Shown: positions 49,237 to 59,651, numbered from the stretch's first letter. The stretch: 64,000 nt of DNA from Candidatus Eiseniibacteriota bacterium (GCA_041946735.1 JBHGAY010000009.1:76425-140424), one strand, 5' to 3'. Numbers and translations are program-made. The notes: generated from the letters alone by a model not told the origin.

Positions 49237-51375
49237 ATGCAGATCCTGGCTGCGATCCTCGCGACCCTCATCTTCGCTTGTGTCTGTTCACCGACTGCTG
49301 CGCGCGATTTGATCCCGTACGTGAACTCGATTCTCTGGAGCGGCGCTCGCGACGCCGTCGTTCAGCAGGATTTTGCCTATTGCGCCTTCGCGAACGGCCT
49401 CGTTGTCCTCGACGTCGCCGACCCGGCGGAGCCAGAGCTCGTGGGCCGCGCCTATGTGCAAGGCTCCGGGCGCGCAATCGCGATCGACGCCAGCCATGTA
49501 TTTCTTGCAGACGAACGCTCCGGACTGCGGATCTTCGACGTTTCCTCGCCGGCCGATCCGGTTCTCGTCGGCGGCTGGGACTCACCGGGGGAAGCTTGGG
49601 ACGTGGCAGTCCAAGCGGGTTACGCCTACGTGGCCGACGGCCCGGGCGATCTGGAAATCCTCGACGTGCGCGACCCGTCCGCGCCGGCACGAGTGGGGAC
49701 CTACGTCACTCCCGGACCGGCATCGGCCATCGCGGTCTCCGGAGACCTCGCCTACGTGTTGAACGGCTGGGACGACATGTACATCGTCTCGGTTGCCAAT
49801 CCCGCCCATCCCGTGCTGGTCGGCACCTACTTCGCGTGCTGCGCATTCGACGTCGCCGTCGACGGCGACCTGGCATACCTCGCTTGCTCCGAAGGAGGCG
49901 AGCGGAGCACCGGCTGGCTGGAGGTCGTCGACGTAAGCGATCCCAGGCGGGCCGAGCGGGTTGGCCGCTGCTGGACACCGGAAGGAACGTCTGCTGTCGC
50001 TGTCTCCAGCCCCAGCGCCTATGCCTACGTCACGGTGAACGCCACCTTGGGATCCGTGGAGGTCATCGACATCTCCAACCCGCGGAGCCCCGAGGTCATC
50101 GGCAGCGCGACGACACCCATCGGAGCGGAAGGGCTCTGCGTCGCCGGCGATCATGTCTACGCCGCGGCCGGAGTGCAGGGGCTGCAGATCATCGATGTGT
50201 CCCAGCCGGCCTCGCCGGAGCTGGCCGGAAGCTGGTGCGAGGGGGGCGGCGCGAGCGAGCTGTGTGTCGACGGGGACTATCTCTACCTCGCGGATTGGGT
50301 CGCAGGCCTGCGAGTCGTCTCGGTCGCCGATCCCGCGAACCCGGTCGCGGTGAGCCAGCTCGACATCCCCTCCTACGCCACGGACGTCTGCTTCGCAAAG
50401 GGGTGCGCGTTCGTCGCCGCCTGGGAGGCGGGACTGAGGATCGTCGACGTCAGCGACCCCGCACAGCCCGTGGAGCTGGCAACCTGGGAGGGAACGGCTC
50501 GCGGCGTATGCGTCGCTGGCGACTACGCGTACGTCGGCGCCGGCCTGGCCGGCCTCGTGATCCTGGATGTCTCCGATCCCAGGGATCCGCGGTTGGCGGC
50601 AGCCTGCCCGCTCGATGGAGTCTCGGGTCGACTCGTCGTGAACGATGCGCGCGCCTACATCTCGGGTGCCGGCGGCGGGATGCAGATCGTCGACCTCGAG
50701 GATCCCGCGCATCCCGTCGCCTTGGGCTCCTATGATCCCACCAACGCGATCAATGAGGTCGCTGTGCAGGGCGACTACGCGTACGCGACGAACAGCGGCG
50801 ACGGACTGCGAGTGCTTGACGTGTCCGATCCGATGCATCCGGTCCTCGTCGCCACAGCGGAGGTCCCTGGATACGCCGACGGCATTCATCTCGTCGACGG
50901 TTTCGCCTATGTGGCGGACTCCTTCCGGGGCGGCCTGCTCGTCTTCGACGTCGGCGATCCGCTGCATCCTCGCATGGTCGCCCAGTACCCCACGCCCGGT
51001 TCGGCCCGCGCGGTTTGGGCTGCCGGCGCCCACATCTACGTGGCCGACTGCTATTCGCTGATGGTCTTCGGGCGGCCGAACAGCGCCGTGCCGGGCTCCC
51101 TTTCCTGGGACGCCTCGTCGTCGCTGGCTCGCATCAGCCCGAATCCTTTCCGCGTGCGAACGACGGTCTCCGGCATCCTCCCCGAACCCGCGAATCTTCG
51201 CGTGGAGGTCTTCGACATCCTCGGCCGCCGCGTTGCGAGGCTCGAGGAGAGCGAGCGTCCTGCCGGAGCCTGGCAAGTCATCTGGGACGCGACCGAGGTG
51301 TCCCCCGGCGTCTACTTCTGCGGCATCACGGCCGGGACGCAGTCCCTCGTCCGACATGTCGTCGTGATCCGGTGA
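49237..51375 (+). CDS. Secreted LVIVD-repeat protein with FlgD/T9SS-like C-terminal domain
   Basis: Signal peptide; about 13 repeats of the form YAYVA...GL.I.DVSDP..P; tail SPNPF...FDILGR...PGVYF. Confidence 0.9.
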   Translation: MQILAAILATLIFACVCSPTAARDLIPYVNSILWSGARDAVVQQDFAYCAFANGLVVLDVADPAEPELVGRAYVQGSGRAIAIDASHVFLADERSGLRIFDVSSPADPVLVGGWDSPGEAWDVAVQAGYAYVADGPGDLEILDVRDPSAPARVGTYVTPGPASAIAVSGDLAYVLNGWDDMYIVSVANPAHPVLVGTYFACCAFDVAVDGDLAYLACSEGGERSTGWLEVVDVSDPRRAERVGRCWTPEGTSAVAVSSPSAYAYVTVNATLGSVEVIDISNPRSPEVIGSATTPIGAEGLCVAGDHVYAAAGVQGLQIIDVSQPASPELAGSWCEGGGASELCVDGDYLYLADWVAGLRVVSVADPANPVAVSQLDIPSYATDVCFAKGCAFVAAWEAGLRIVDVSDPAQPVELATWEGTARGVCVAGDYAYVGAGLAGLVILDVSDPRDPRLAAACPLDGVSGRLVVNDARAYISGAGGGMQIVDLEDPAHPVALGSYDPTNAINEVAVQGDYAYATNSGDGLRVLDVSDPMHPVLVATAEVPGYADGIHLVDGFAYVADSFRGGLLVFDVGDPLHPRMVAQYPTPGSARAVWAAGAHIYVADCYSLMVFGRPNSAVPGSLSWDASSSLARISPNPFRVRTTVSGILPEPANLRVEVFDILGRRVARLEESERPAGAWQVIWDATEVSPGVYFCGITAGTQSLVRHVVVIR

Positions 51376-51479
51376 CGATCGCAGACTGCGGGCTCGCCGC
51401 AGCGGGAGAGATGAAGGGAGCGCCGAGGCTTCACGGAGCCCCGGCGCCTCAATGCGAACAAAGATCAGAAGCTGAAAGA

Positions 51480-52130
51480 TCAGAAGCGGTAGGACAGACC
51501 GAGGCTTGCGCGCTCCATCCAGACGTCGTCCGCCTTGCCGTCGACGGACAGCCCCTCGGCGTCGTTCGGCGGGAAGGCGACGAACTCGCGGAAGTCGGCT
51601 CGCACGCCCCAGGGTCCCGAGAGACGGGCGTTCAAGCCCGCACCGAAGTTGATGGCGAAGGCCGTCTGGGAGTCCTGCAGCCGAGGCAGACGGTTCGCGT
51701 CGGTGTTCGACAGGAACGTCGCGCCTCCGAGCCCCGCCGCGAGGTACGGCTTCACCGGAGACCGCTCCAGGGGAAGGTCCGCCCGGAGGTTGGCCTGGTA
51801 GAGGAGCACGTCCGGCGACTTGCGATCGGTCTTCACGCCGGGCTGCAGCTCCACGCTCTGCTGAACGGGGATGACCCAGGTGAAATCGCCCTCGAGAGCG
51901 AAGATCGGACTCAGGCGATAGCCGAGCGTCGCCGTCACCGGGACGTTGAGGATGTTGTCGTAGATCGACGTGTCGTTCTCGTTGAGCGCCTGAACCCCTC
52001 CCATCAGGGAGACCTCGGCCATTCCGGTGCTCTGCCAGTCATTCAGGTCCTGTGCCGCGGCAATCGTCCCGCCGAAGGCGAGGAGCGACAGCGCCGCGAC
52101 CGCTATGAGGATGGTCCTCATGTTCTTCAT
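51480..52130 (-). CDS. Outer-membrane beta-barrel protein (OmpA-TM-like)
   Basis: Signal peptide, KPYLAAGLG, AINFGAG, terminal LSYRF. Confidence 0.85.
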   Translation of the reverse strand: MKNMRTILIAVAALSLLAFGGTIAAAQDLNDWQSTGMAEVSLMGGVQALNENDTSIYDNILNVPVTATLGYRLSPIFALEGDFTWVIPVQQSVELQPGVKTDRKSPDVLLYQANLRADLPLERSPVKPYLAAGLGGATFLSNTDANRLPRLQDSQTAFAINFGAGLNARLSGPWGVRADFREFVAFPPNDAEGLSVDGKADDVWMERASLGLSYRF

Positions 52131-52205
52131 CTCATTCCTCCTTCTCACGGCACTCTCTCGATTGAACACTCGAGGCTCCGTGGTTCTTCCGATCGGCAAC
52201 GTCAT

Positions 52206-52221
52206 AACAAATGTCGTGCCA
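52206..52221 (-). promoter_or_regulatory. Possible sigma54 (-24/-12) promoter for the beta-barrel gene
   Basis: TGGCACGACATTTGTT: perfect -24 element, -12 reads GT instead of GC. Confidence 0.4.
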
Positions 52222-52456
52222 GCACGGACTCCTGAATCGAGCACGCGCCCTGGGGCTCGGAGGTGCAGCGAGTTGTGGCCAGGAGGAGCCTGCTTGCGAA
52301 GTCGCCCATGCGCCGAACTCCGCTGCGGAAGAATCGACACCTGTCGACTTCGACGCACCCATCGAACGGCTCGGAATCCTCGCTTGATGCGGCTGGGCGG
52401 CGCACATTTCGTTTCTTCCGTCGAGTCCATCGTTCAGGCGGTCGGAACGCAGGTGC

Positions 52457-52516
52457 CTCGTGGGCTCACGGCTCGTGGGCTCACGGCTCGTGCGCTCACG
52501 GCTCGTGCGCTCACGG
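52457..52516. repeat. 15-bp tandem repeat x4
   Basis: CTCGTG(G/C)GCTCACGG four times, directly before the RBS of the 52530 gene. Confidence 0.92.
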
Positions 52517-52529
52517 TGAGGGAATCACG

Positions 52530-52967
52530 ATGAAACGCTCGTTGTCGCTGATCGTCGCGCTCCTCTGTCTCGCAAGCGCCCAATGCGGCTGGACGATTCC
52601 GGAAACCCGGCCGGGCATCGATGATCCGGAGACGTTCGGAGTCACCGGGACATGGAAATGGGTCCGCTCCATAGGCGGCTTCGGCGGAAACGATTTGCGG
52701 ACACCCGAAACGGTCGGCTACTCCAGGACGATTCGCTTTCGTGACGATGGAATGTTCGAGACGTTTCGGAATGGCACCTTGCAGGAGGTCGACCACTACA
52801 CGATCACGCGACGCAGCGCGATTTGGCATTCACGATGGAGAATCGATTTCCGCTCCTTCCGGATCGCGCAAGCCATCTTCGAGGTGACGGCCGACACGCT
52901 CCGACTCGCCGACGACATCACCGATGGCTACGGCCACGACTACAGCAGGGTGAGGGAGGAGCCATGA
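52530..52967 (+). CDS. Hypothetical exported protein (lipocalin-like beta protein)
   Basis: Signal peptide, GTWKWVRSIGG, DTLRLADD..DGY. Confidence 0.7.
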   Translation: MKRSLSLIVALLCLASAQCGWTIPETRPGIDDPETFGVTGTWKWVRSIGGFGGNDLRTPETVGYSRTIRFRDDGMFETFRNGTLQEVDHYTITRRSAIWHSRWRIDFRSFRIAQAIFEVTADTLRLADDITDGYGHDYSRVREEP

Positions 52968-53027
52968 CAGCATCGGCCTTTTGGATTCCGGGCGCGCCGT
53001 TCTTCCTCGAGTGAACTCGAGCCCGAT

Positions 53028-53993
53028 CTACGGGCCCGGACGGCTTTGCCGCTCGCGTTCCAGCGCCGTGCGGTCCCATCCGCCAAGGTCCGCCGCGGCG
53101 GCATAGGTCGAATCGAGAAACGCCAGCAGCGCCTCGTCAGGGGACGGGGAAACCCGCACGACGTCGTACGGCAGGACGAACTCCCGCATCTCCGCGCTAT
53201 AGAAAGCGCCCTCGGGCCGGATCGCGGCAGCCGAAAAGCCGTGCGGCTCCGGGTACGCATAGCTGTAGAAGAGTGGGAACGGATGCGGCCCGCCGCCGGG
53301 CCAGAATCCGGCGCTGGAAAGCTCGTGCGAGTACGCCTCTCGAACGACCCAGTCGGGCAGGTGCGGAATGCCTCCGGGATGCTCGGGTGCGCGACGTCCC
53401 GAAAAGCGCGTCACGGCGAGGTCGAAGCTTCCCCAGAAGAAATGGACCGGGCTGCACTTTCCCACGAAGCGGCATTGGAAGCGCGTGAAGACTCGTTCCG
53501 TCTGGATGAGGACTTGCAGGAGCCGGTTCGCATACTCCGGATCGTAGGAGGCGTGGACGCGATCCCGTCGAAACGGGATCGGGTTCTCGATCTCGTTCGG
53601 CATCCCGTGGATCTTCACCTCGATCCCAAGACGCGCGAGCGCGCCGAAGAGCTCATCGTGAAACTCCGCGACCGCCTGCGGGCGAAGCGGGATGTCGGCC
53701 GCTCCCCCGTCGCTCGCCCGTATGCGAAGGTGATGGTCCAGGAAGTCGAAATCGATCTGGAACGTCCCCTCGCGATACGGAATCAGCGAGGTGGTCAATC
53801 CGCGAGGCGTGAGGTAGAGCGTGGTGTGCCAGGAATGGTTCCTCCAGGGGGCTTGCGAGAGCCGGATCTTGCCCACGATCTGGGTCCAGAGATGGAGGGT
53901 TGCGTAGGTGTCGCGCCATGCCGCCAAAGGCAACTCCGGCCACGATGCAGCAGCGCCGGACACGGATGAATCACCCGAAACGGAACGGTCCAT
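53028..53993 (-). CDS. DUF5996-like conserved hypothetical protein
   Basis: TLHLWTQIVGK, NHSWH, SPVHFFWGSFDLAVTRFSG, EAYSHE, FYSYAYPEP. Confidence 0.85.
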   Translation of the reverse strand: MDRSVSGDSSVSGAAASWPELPLAAWRDTYATLHLWTQIVGKIRLSQAPWRNHSWHTTLYLTPRGLTTSLIPYREGTFQIDFDFLDHHLRIRASDGGAADIPLRPQAVAEFHDELFGALARLGIEVKIHGMPNEIENPIPFRRDRVHASYDPEYANRLLQVLIQTERVFTRFQCRFVGKCSPVHFFWGSFDLAVTRFSGRRAPEHPGGIPHLPDWVVREAYSHELSSAGFWPGGGPHPFPLFYSYAYPEPHGFSAAAIRPEGAFYSAEMREFVLPYDVVRVSPSPDEALLAFLDSTYAAAADLGGWDRTALERERQSRPGP

Positions 53994-54024
53994 GAGTGCC
54001 TCCGAACCGAGGAGCGCGGCACCG

Positions 54025-54798
54025 CTAGGCGGTCTTCAGGCGGGAGCGGATCTCCTCGTGCAGGCGGCCGTTGGTTGCCAGAATCTCGTGCCCGTCGCGC
54101 CAGCTGTCCCCGCCGGCGAGATCGGTCACCCGGCCGCCCGCCTCGGTGACGAGCACCGCGCCGGCGGCGATGTCCCAGGGGCCCAGCCGCAGCTCCCAGA
54201 ACCCTTCGTAGCGCCCGCACGCGACGTAGGCCAGATCGAGCGCGGCGGAGCCGCAGCGCCGCAGGCCGCGCGCCACCGAGGAGAGCCGTCCCCAGTTCTC
54301 CAGGTTCAGGTCGTTGTCGCTGTCGTAGGAGTAGGCGAAGCCGGAGGCGAGGAGCGCGTGCTCGATCGACGTCTCGGCGGAGGCGCGGCACGAGACTCCG
54401 TTCAGACTCGCGCCTGCACCCTGCTCGGCCGTGAACAGCTCCTCCAAGTACGGCGCGAAGACGACGCCAAGGACTCCGCGTCCCGCATGCTCCAGCCCGA
54501 TCGAGGTGCAGAAGAAGGGATGCGCGTGGACGAAGTTCGTCGTTCCGTCGATCGGGTCGATCACCCAGCGATACCCTTCCGGAGGGGCGGCTTTCGATGC
54601 CTGCTCTTCGCCGAGGATGCCATGATCCGGAAAGCGCTCCGTGATCCTCCGCACCAGGTGCGACTCGATGGCCACGTCGGTCTCGGTGACGAGGTTTCGC
54701 CACCCTTTGTAGCCGACGTCGCCGCGGTCGACCCGGCCGTAGGCGGCCAGCAGCATCTCCCCCGCTTCCCGCGCGATCCCGACCGCGAACTCGAGCAC
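54025..54798 (-). CDS. suhB: Inositol monophosphatase family protein
   Basis: LVTETD, GEE, WVIDPIDGTTNF, GSAALD, WDIAAG. GTG start after AAGGAGG. Confidence 0.92.
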   Translation of the reverse strand: MLEFAVGIAREAGEMLLAAYGRVDRGDVGYKGWRNLVTETDVAIESHLVRRITERFPDHGILGEEQASKAAPPEGYRWVIDPIDGTTNFVHAHPFFCTSIGLEHAGRGVLGVVFAPYLEELFTAEQGAGASLNGVSCRASAETSIEHALLASGFAYSYDSDNDLNLENWGRLSSVARGLRRCGSAALDLAYVACGRYEGFWELRLGPWDIAAGAVLVTEAGGRVTDLAGGDSWRDGHEILATNGRLHEEIRSRLKTA

Positions 54799-54964
54799 CC
54801 GTCCTCCTTCGAGCCGGCCGGCGCGGCGTCGCGCCGCTCCTCGCGCCGCTCCTCGGCTTACTCGCCGCTCTTCCGCGTCCCTCACGCTCCTCGCCGTTGA
54901 ACCTGCCGGCCCCGAAAGGCTAGAGTCTAACGTACTTTTGCCGCTGGAGAAGCAGGGAGGAAGC

Positions 54965-56293
54965 ATGGTCGAGAAGTTGATGGAGAAGGTCGTCGCGCTC
55001 TGCAAGAGACGCGGCTTCATCTTCCCCTCGAGCGAGATCTATGGCGGGATCAACGCGTGCTGGGACTACGGACCGCTCGGCGTTCGCCTGAAGAACAACG
55101 TCAAGCGAGTCTGGTGGCGCGCGATGACGCAGACGCGCGACGACATCGAGGGGCTCGACGCGGCGATCCTGATGGCCCCCCGGGTCTGGGTCGCTTCCGG
55201 CCATGTCGAGAACTTCACCGATCCGCTCGTCGACTGTAAGAACTGCAAGGCGCGCTTCCGCGCCGACGAGCTTCCCGCCGATCCCACCGATCCGAACACC
55301 CCCTGCCCCCGCTGCGGCAACCGCGGCACGCTGACCGCTCCGCGGATGTTCAACCTGATGTTCAAGACGTTCATGGGCCCTGTGGAGGAGGAGTCGTCGG
55401 TCATCTACCTGCGGCCGGAGACGGCCCAGGGGATTTACGTCAACTTCGACAACGTGCGGACGACGAGCCGGCAGAAGGTTCCATTCGGGATCGCGCAGAT
55501 CGGCAAGGCGTTCCGAAACGAGATCACCCCCGGCAACTTCATCTTCCGGACGCGCGAGTTCGAGCAGATGGAGATGCAGTTCTTCGTCAAGCCCGGCACG
55601 GACGACGAGTGGTTCGAGCATTGGCGCCAGCAGCGCATGCGCTGGTATGTCGAGCAGGTGGGGTTGCGCGCCGAGAAGCTCCGTTTCCATCAGCACGAGC
55701 CGGGCGAGCTGGCCCACTACGCGCGCGCCGCGTACGACATCGAGTACGAGTTCCCGTTCGGATGGAAGGAGCTCGAGGGGATCCACAACCGCACCGATTT
55801 CGATCTGAAGCGGCACCAGGAATACTCGGGCAAGAAGCTCGAGTACTTCGACGACGAGACGAAGGAGCACTACGTCCCGTACATCATCGAGACGTCGGCC
55901 GGCTGCGACCGCACGCTTCTGACGACGCTGCTCGACGCCTATCGCGAGGAGGAGGTCGAAGGGGAGACGCGTGTCGTGCTGTCGCTGCACCCCGACCTCG
56001 CGCCGATCCACGTCGCGGTCTTTCCGCTCGTCAAGCGGGACGGGATGCCGGAGCTTGCCGCGAAGGTGGCGGCCGAGCTGCGCGGCGACTTCTACGTCTT
56101 CTACGACGAAGCGGGCTCGATCGGGAAGCGCTACCGCCGCATGGACGAGGCGGGCACGCCGTTCTGCGTCACGATCGACTCCGAGACGCTGCAGAACGAG
56201 TCGGTGACGATCCGCCATCGCGACTCGCTCCAGCAGGAGCGGGTGGCGATCGGCGACCTGAAGGAGTGGTTCCGGGCGCGGATGCGGGGCTGA
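54965..56293 (+). CDS. glyQS: Glycine--tRNA ligase, alpha2 (homodimeric) type
   Basis: KRRGFIF, YLRPETAQG, GKAFRNEITP, FRTREFEQME, IGKRYRRMDE. Confidence 0.96.
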   Translation: MVEKLMEKVVALCKRRGFIFPSSEIYGGINACWDYGPLGVRLKNNVKRVWWRAMTQTRDDIEGLDAAILMAPRVWVASGHVENFTDPLVDCKNCKARFRADELPADPTDPNTPCPRCGNRGTLTAPRMFNLMFKTFMGPVEEESSVIYLRPETAQGIYVNFDNVRTTSRQKVPFGIAQIGKAFRNEITPGNFIFRTREFEQMEMQFFVKPGTDDEWFEHWRQQRMRWYVEQVGLRAEKLRFHQHEPGELAHYARAAYDIEYEFPFGWKELEGIHNRTDFDLKRHQEYSGKKLEYFDDETKEHYVPYIIETSAGCDRTLLTTLLDAYREEEVEGETRVVLSLHPDLAPIHVAVFPLVKRDGMPELAAKVAAELRGDFYVFYDEAGSIGKRYRRMDEAGTPFCVTIDSETLQNESVTIRHRDSLQQERVAIGDLKEWFRARMRG

Positions 56294-56334
56294 AGGCCGC
56301 CCCGCCCCCTACAGCGAGGGGGCCGATGCGCGAC

Positions 56335-56364
56335 GAGGCCGGGTGGATGGCGCCACCCGGCCTC
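56335..56364. terminator. Hairpin between convergent genes
   Basis: GAGGCCGGGTGG-ATGGCG-CCACCCGGCCTC, 12-bp stem, no clear U-tract. Confidence 0.5.
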
Positions 56365-56406
56365 ATGCGTTCCGGACGAAGGACGGGAGCCGACTACACG
56401 GGCCGG

Positions 56407-57039
56407 CTACAGCGGATCGACGACCGTGACCTCCGTCGTCCCCACGATGTTCAGCCGCAGCAGGAACTCCCAGTCGAAGTTCGTCTCCACCGACTGCGGC
56501 TCGGAGACGCCGGACACCTTGAAGACGAGGTCCGGAGCGGTCGGATGGCTGACGCCGCCGTTGATCTGGTCCACCAGATCCTGCAGAACGTAGTTGAGCA
56601 GATCGACGCCGGGCGCCTCGAGCGAAAGCGGGCTCCAGTCGGCGTAGATCTCATCGTTCACCTCGATCGAGGTGAAGTCGATCAACGCGAGGTCCGGACC
56701 CGGAAGCGTGCCGACGGTCACGTTGCCGCTCACCGTCCGGCCGCTGGTCGGATCCTGCTTCGTGACGCGCACGAACACGGCCTCGATCGAGACGCTCACG
56801 AGCGAGTCGATCCCATTGTCTTCCAGGATCTGCGAGAGATCGATCTCCTCGTCGAGCGAGACGACCTCCTCGTCGTTCAAGGCGTTCTCGGTTCCGCGCG
56901 CCTGGAAGGCGGCGACCACGTCGGCGCCGACGACGATGTCGACGTTCCGGTCCTCGGTGCACACTTCCCCGGTCAGAGCGACTCCGAGCAGAAGGATGGC
57001 GAGGATCGCCCAGCCCCTGTGATTCCGTTGGATCTTCAT
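56407..57039 (-). CDS. Hypothetical acidic exported protein, possible lipoprotein
   Basis: Hydrophobic leader ending ALTGEVC; beta-rich; starts 1 nt after the upstream stop. Confidence 0.75.
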   Translation of the reverse strand: MKIQRNHRGWAILAILLLGVALTGEVCTEDRNVDIVVGADVVAAFQARGTENALNDEEVVSLDEEIDLSQILEDNGIDSLVSVSIEAVFVRVTKQDPTSGRTVSGNVTVGTLPGPDLALIDFTSIEVNDEIYADWSPLSLEAPGVDLLNYVLQDLVDQINGGVSHPTAPDLVFKVSGVSEPQSVETNFDWEFLLRLNIVGTTEVTVVDPL

Positions 57040-57040
57040 C

Positions 57041-57955
57041 TCAGTTCCCCAGGCTCAGGCCGAAGCCGAACGCGGTCTTGTCCGAGAGGCTTCCCTCCGC
57101 CTGCAGGTGCACGAAGGAGAGGTTCAGGGACAGGCCGCCGGTCAGCCGAGCGTTGTTCTGCTTGTCGAAGTCGACAGAAAGCCGCGTGGGCGGATCCCCG
57201 GCGTCTTCGTAGTCGACGGACATGTCGAAGCTATCGTAGGAGAGTCCTACGTACGGTTCGAGGACGCCGAAGGCGCGGCTCGCCTGGACGCCGACGGTAA
57301 GCGCGTTGGCGTCGATCAGGTCCTCCCCCATCTCGAACTTCTGCCAGAACAGCCCGGCCGCGATCGAGACGGGAAGATCCGGGAAGTAGCGGGAGATGCT
57401 GTGCCGGGCGCCGACGCCGATCAGGCTCAAGTCGCCGAGGTCCGTGTCGCCCGTGTCGAAGGCGATGAAGCGAGCGGAGATCTCGCTCCCGTAGATGCCG
57501 CTGATCGTGATCTCCGGGACTGCGATGCCGAGCGAGCCGACGTCGAAGCCCCCGGGGAACGTGTAGCTCGTCCCCGCATCGCCGCCGACCTCGACACCCC
57601 GCTCGTTCCCGACGACCGTCGGAGCTGTCGCGATCTGCTCAGGGAAGAACCCCTCCGGGGTGGAGGCTTGGAAGGTGCGATCGTCGTCGCCGAACTTCAC
57701 GAACATGGTCTTGACGCTCAGATTCACCCGGACGTCGTGTTCCGGGAGATCCGCCGTCCGGTAGAGCAGACTCTGGAGCGCGGCGCCGAACCCTTCGTTC
57801 AGCGGGCCGAGGTATCCCTTCGCGTTCGGCCCTGTGTAGGTGCTCAGGTTCGGCTCGATCTGGGCATGGGCCGGCCCGGGCGCCAGCATCGCGAGCGCGA
57901 GCGGGAGCGCCGCAAGCAGCGGCAGCGGCAGCAGGACAGGTCTCGATCCTCTCAT
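57041..57955 (-). CDS. Outer-membrane beta-barrel protein, DUF6588-like
   Basis: Signal peptide, YLGPL..GFGA, APTVVG, GVGARHSISRY, C-terminal FGFGLSLG. Confidence 0.7.
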   Translation of the reverse strand: MRGSRPVLLPLPLLAALPLALAMLAPGPAHAQIEPNLSTYTGPNAKGYLGPLNEGFGAALQSLLYRTADLPEHDVRVNLSVKTMFVKFGDDDRTFQASTPEGFFPEQIATAPTVVGNERGVEVGGDAGTSYTFPGGFDVGSLGIAVPEITISGIYGSEISARFIAFDTGDTDLGDLSLIGVGARHSISRYFPDLPVSIAAGLFWQKFEMGEDLIDANALTVGVQASRAFGVLEPYVGLSYDSFDMSVDYEDAGDPPTRLSVDFDKQNNARLTGGLSLNLSFVHLQAEGSLSDKTAFGFGLSLGN

Positions 57956-58085
57956 CGATGATCCTCCGGCCGTTCCGCCTCGAGGCCGGCAGGCCAGCCG
58001 GCCGCGTCGATGGCAGGAAACGGATGCGGAAAGGCTAGCGGCAGGCGGAAGGCGGCGAAAGGCCGAATTCGGGCGAAAAGGGGGA

Positions 58086-59417
58086 TCAGCTCGATTCCCG
58101 CCGCTTCCTCGAGAGGCTCCACTTCAGGGCGGGAGGGGTCACCATCGTGGTGACGATGACCATCAGCACGACCGCCGAGAAGATGACCGGATCGATGATC
58201 CGCTCGCCGCCGATGTGCAAGCCGAGCCCGATATTCGCGAAGATCAGCCCTACCTCTCCGCGTGGGATCATCCCGATCCCGACCGAGAGGCGGTCGAAGC
58301 GCCCGCCGAAAGCGCCCAGGGCGCACGCCTGCTTCCCCAAGATTGCGGCGAGCGTCAGCAGTCCAGCCAGACGGAGGGACTGCGCGTTCAGGAACGACGC
58401 GAGGTCGACCAGCATCCCCATGCGCACGAAGAAGATCGGCACGAGGAAGACGGCGATCGGCGCGATCAGATCGTGCAGAGAGCGGTTCGAGCGGGTCTCG
58501 AGCTCCCGGTAGTGGACCTCCTCGAGGATCAGGCCGGCCGCGTAGGCTCCGACGATCGGCGCCAATCCGATCTTCCCGCTGAGCGCGGCAAGGACGAAGC
58601 AGAAGAGGAGCGCCAGCGTCAGCAGCACTCCTTGCACGCGCAGCTTCGAGGCGAGACGGAAGAGGCGCGGCGAAAGGATCTGCCCGACCACGATCGCGGC
58701 GAGGAGGAATCCGAGCGCCTTGCCGAGGATCGCCAGGATCGAAGCGATGGAGAGGTGGGAGCCGGTGTCGAGCGCTTCGATCCATCCGGCCACTGCGGCG
58801 AGGATGACCAGTCCCATCACGTCGTCGATCACCGCCGCCCCGAGGATGACGCGCGCTTCGGGAGAGCGGGAGCGATTCAGGTCCTGAAGCACGCGCGCTG
58901 TGATTCCAACGCTCGTTGCCGTCAAAGTGGCGCCGAGGAAGGCATAGACAGGGAACGTGTGACCGGGAAGCGCGAGGTACCCGACGCCGATTCCGAGCGC
59001 GAAAGGGGTGATGACGCCGAGCAGCGCGACGAAGAACGACGGGGCGCCTACCCGGAGCATCTCCTTGACGGTCGACTCGAGGCCGACTTCGAACAGCAGC
59101 AGGACGACGCCGATCTCGGCCAGGATCTCGATGAAGGGATCGGCCGCCATCCACTCGGCCCAGCCGATTCCGATCAGATTCAGATTGCCGAGCAGGATCC
59201 CCGCGACCAGCTCGCCGAGCACGGGCGGCTGATGCGCGCGAACCGCGAGGTCGCCGAACAGCTTTGCGACTCCGAGAATGACGACGAGCCCGAGCAGCAG
59301 GCTCGCGAACTCGCCCGATTGCGCGGCCGCGCGTGCGGCGGAAGGGGCGAACAAGGCGAAGAGAGCGAGGAGCGTGCAGGCTCGAAGAGTCGTCCGGCCG
59401 CTTCGATTCGGTCGCAT
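58086..59417 (-). CDS. CPA2-family cation/proton antiporter
   Basis: QPPVLGEL, LFEVGLE, ATSVGIT, AAVIDD, GMIPRGEVG. Start uncertain. Confidence 0.92.
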   Translation of the reverse strand: MRPNRSGRTTLRACTLLALFALFAPSAARAAAQSGEFASLLLGLVVILGVAKLFGDLAVRAHQPPVLGELVAGILLGNLNLIGIGWAEWMAADPFIEILAEIGVVLLLFEVGLESTVKEMLRVGAPSFFVALLGVITPFALGIGVGYLALPGHTFPVYAFLGATLTATSVGITARVLQDLNRSRSPEARVILGAAVIDDVMGLVILAAVAGWIEALDTGSHLSIASILAILGKALGFLLAAIVVGQILSPRLFRLASKLRVQGVLLTLALLFCFVLAALSGKIGLAPIVGAYAAGLILEEVHYRELETRSNRSLHDLIAPIAVFLVPIFFVRMGMLVDLASFLNAQSLRLAGLLTLAAILGKQACALGAFGGRFDRLSVGIGMIPRGEVGLIFANIGLGLHIGGERIIDPVIFSAVVLMVIVTTMVTPPALKWSLSRKRRESS

Positions 59418-59651
59418 GGGCGGATTCTGATGGGTGCGGCGGGGCCGGGCAAGCGCTGGTTCGGCCGCGGCCCCGGACGGCGCCGGCGCCGGGGCGCGCG
59501 GCGCGCGCGGCGCGCGCGGGGCGCGATGCACGCCGGCGGTCCGATGGCTGGTTGCGGACGCTACGATGAGAACGAGCGACGGGACGAGCGGGCGGGGGCG
59601 GAACGGGACGAAATGCGACAACGACACCCTGCGAGGGGCAAGGAGAAACGC

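Noticed and set aside
48090..54000. Genomic island
   Set aside because: Accessory-looking genes, but no integrase, tRNA, att repeats or transposase.
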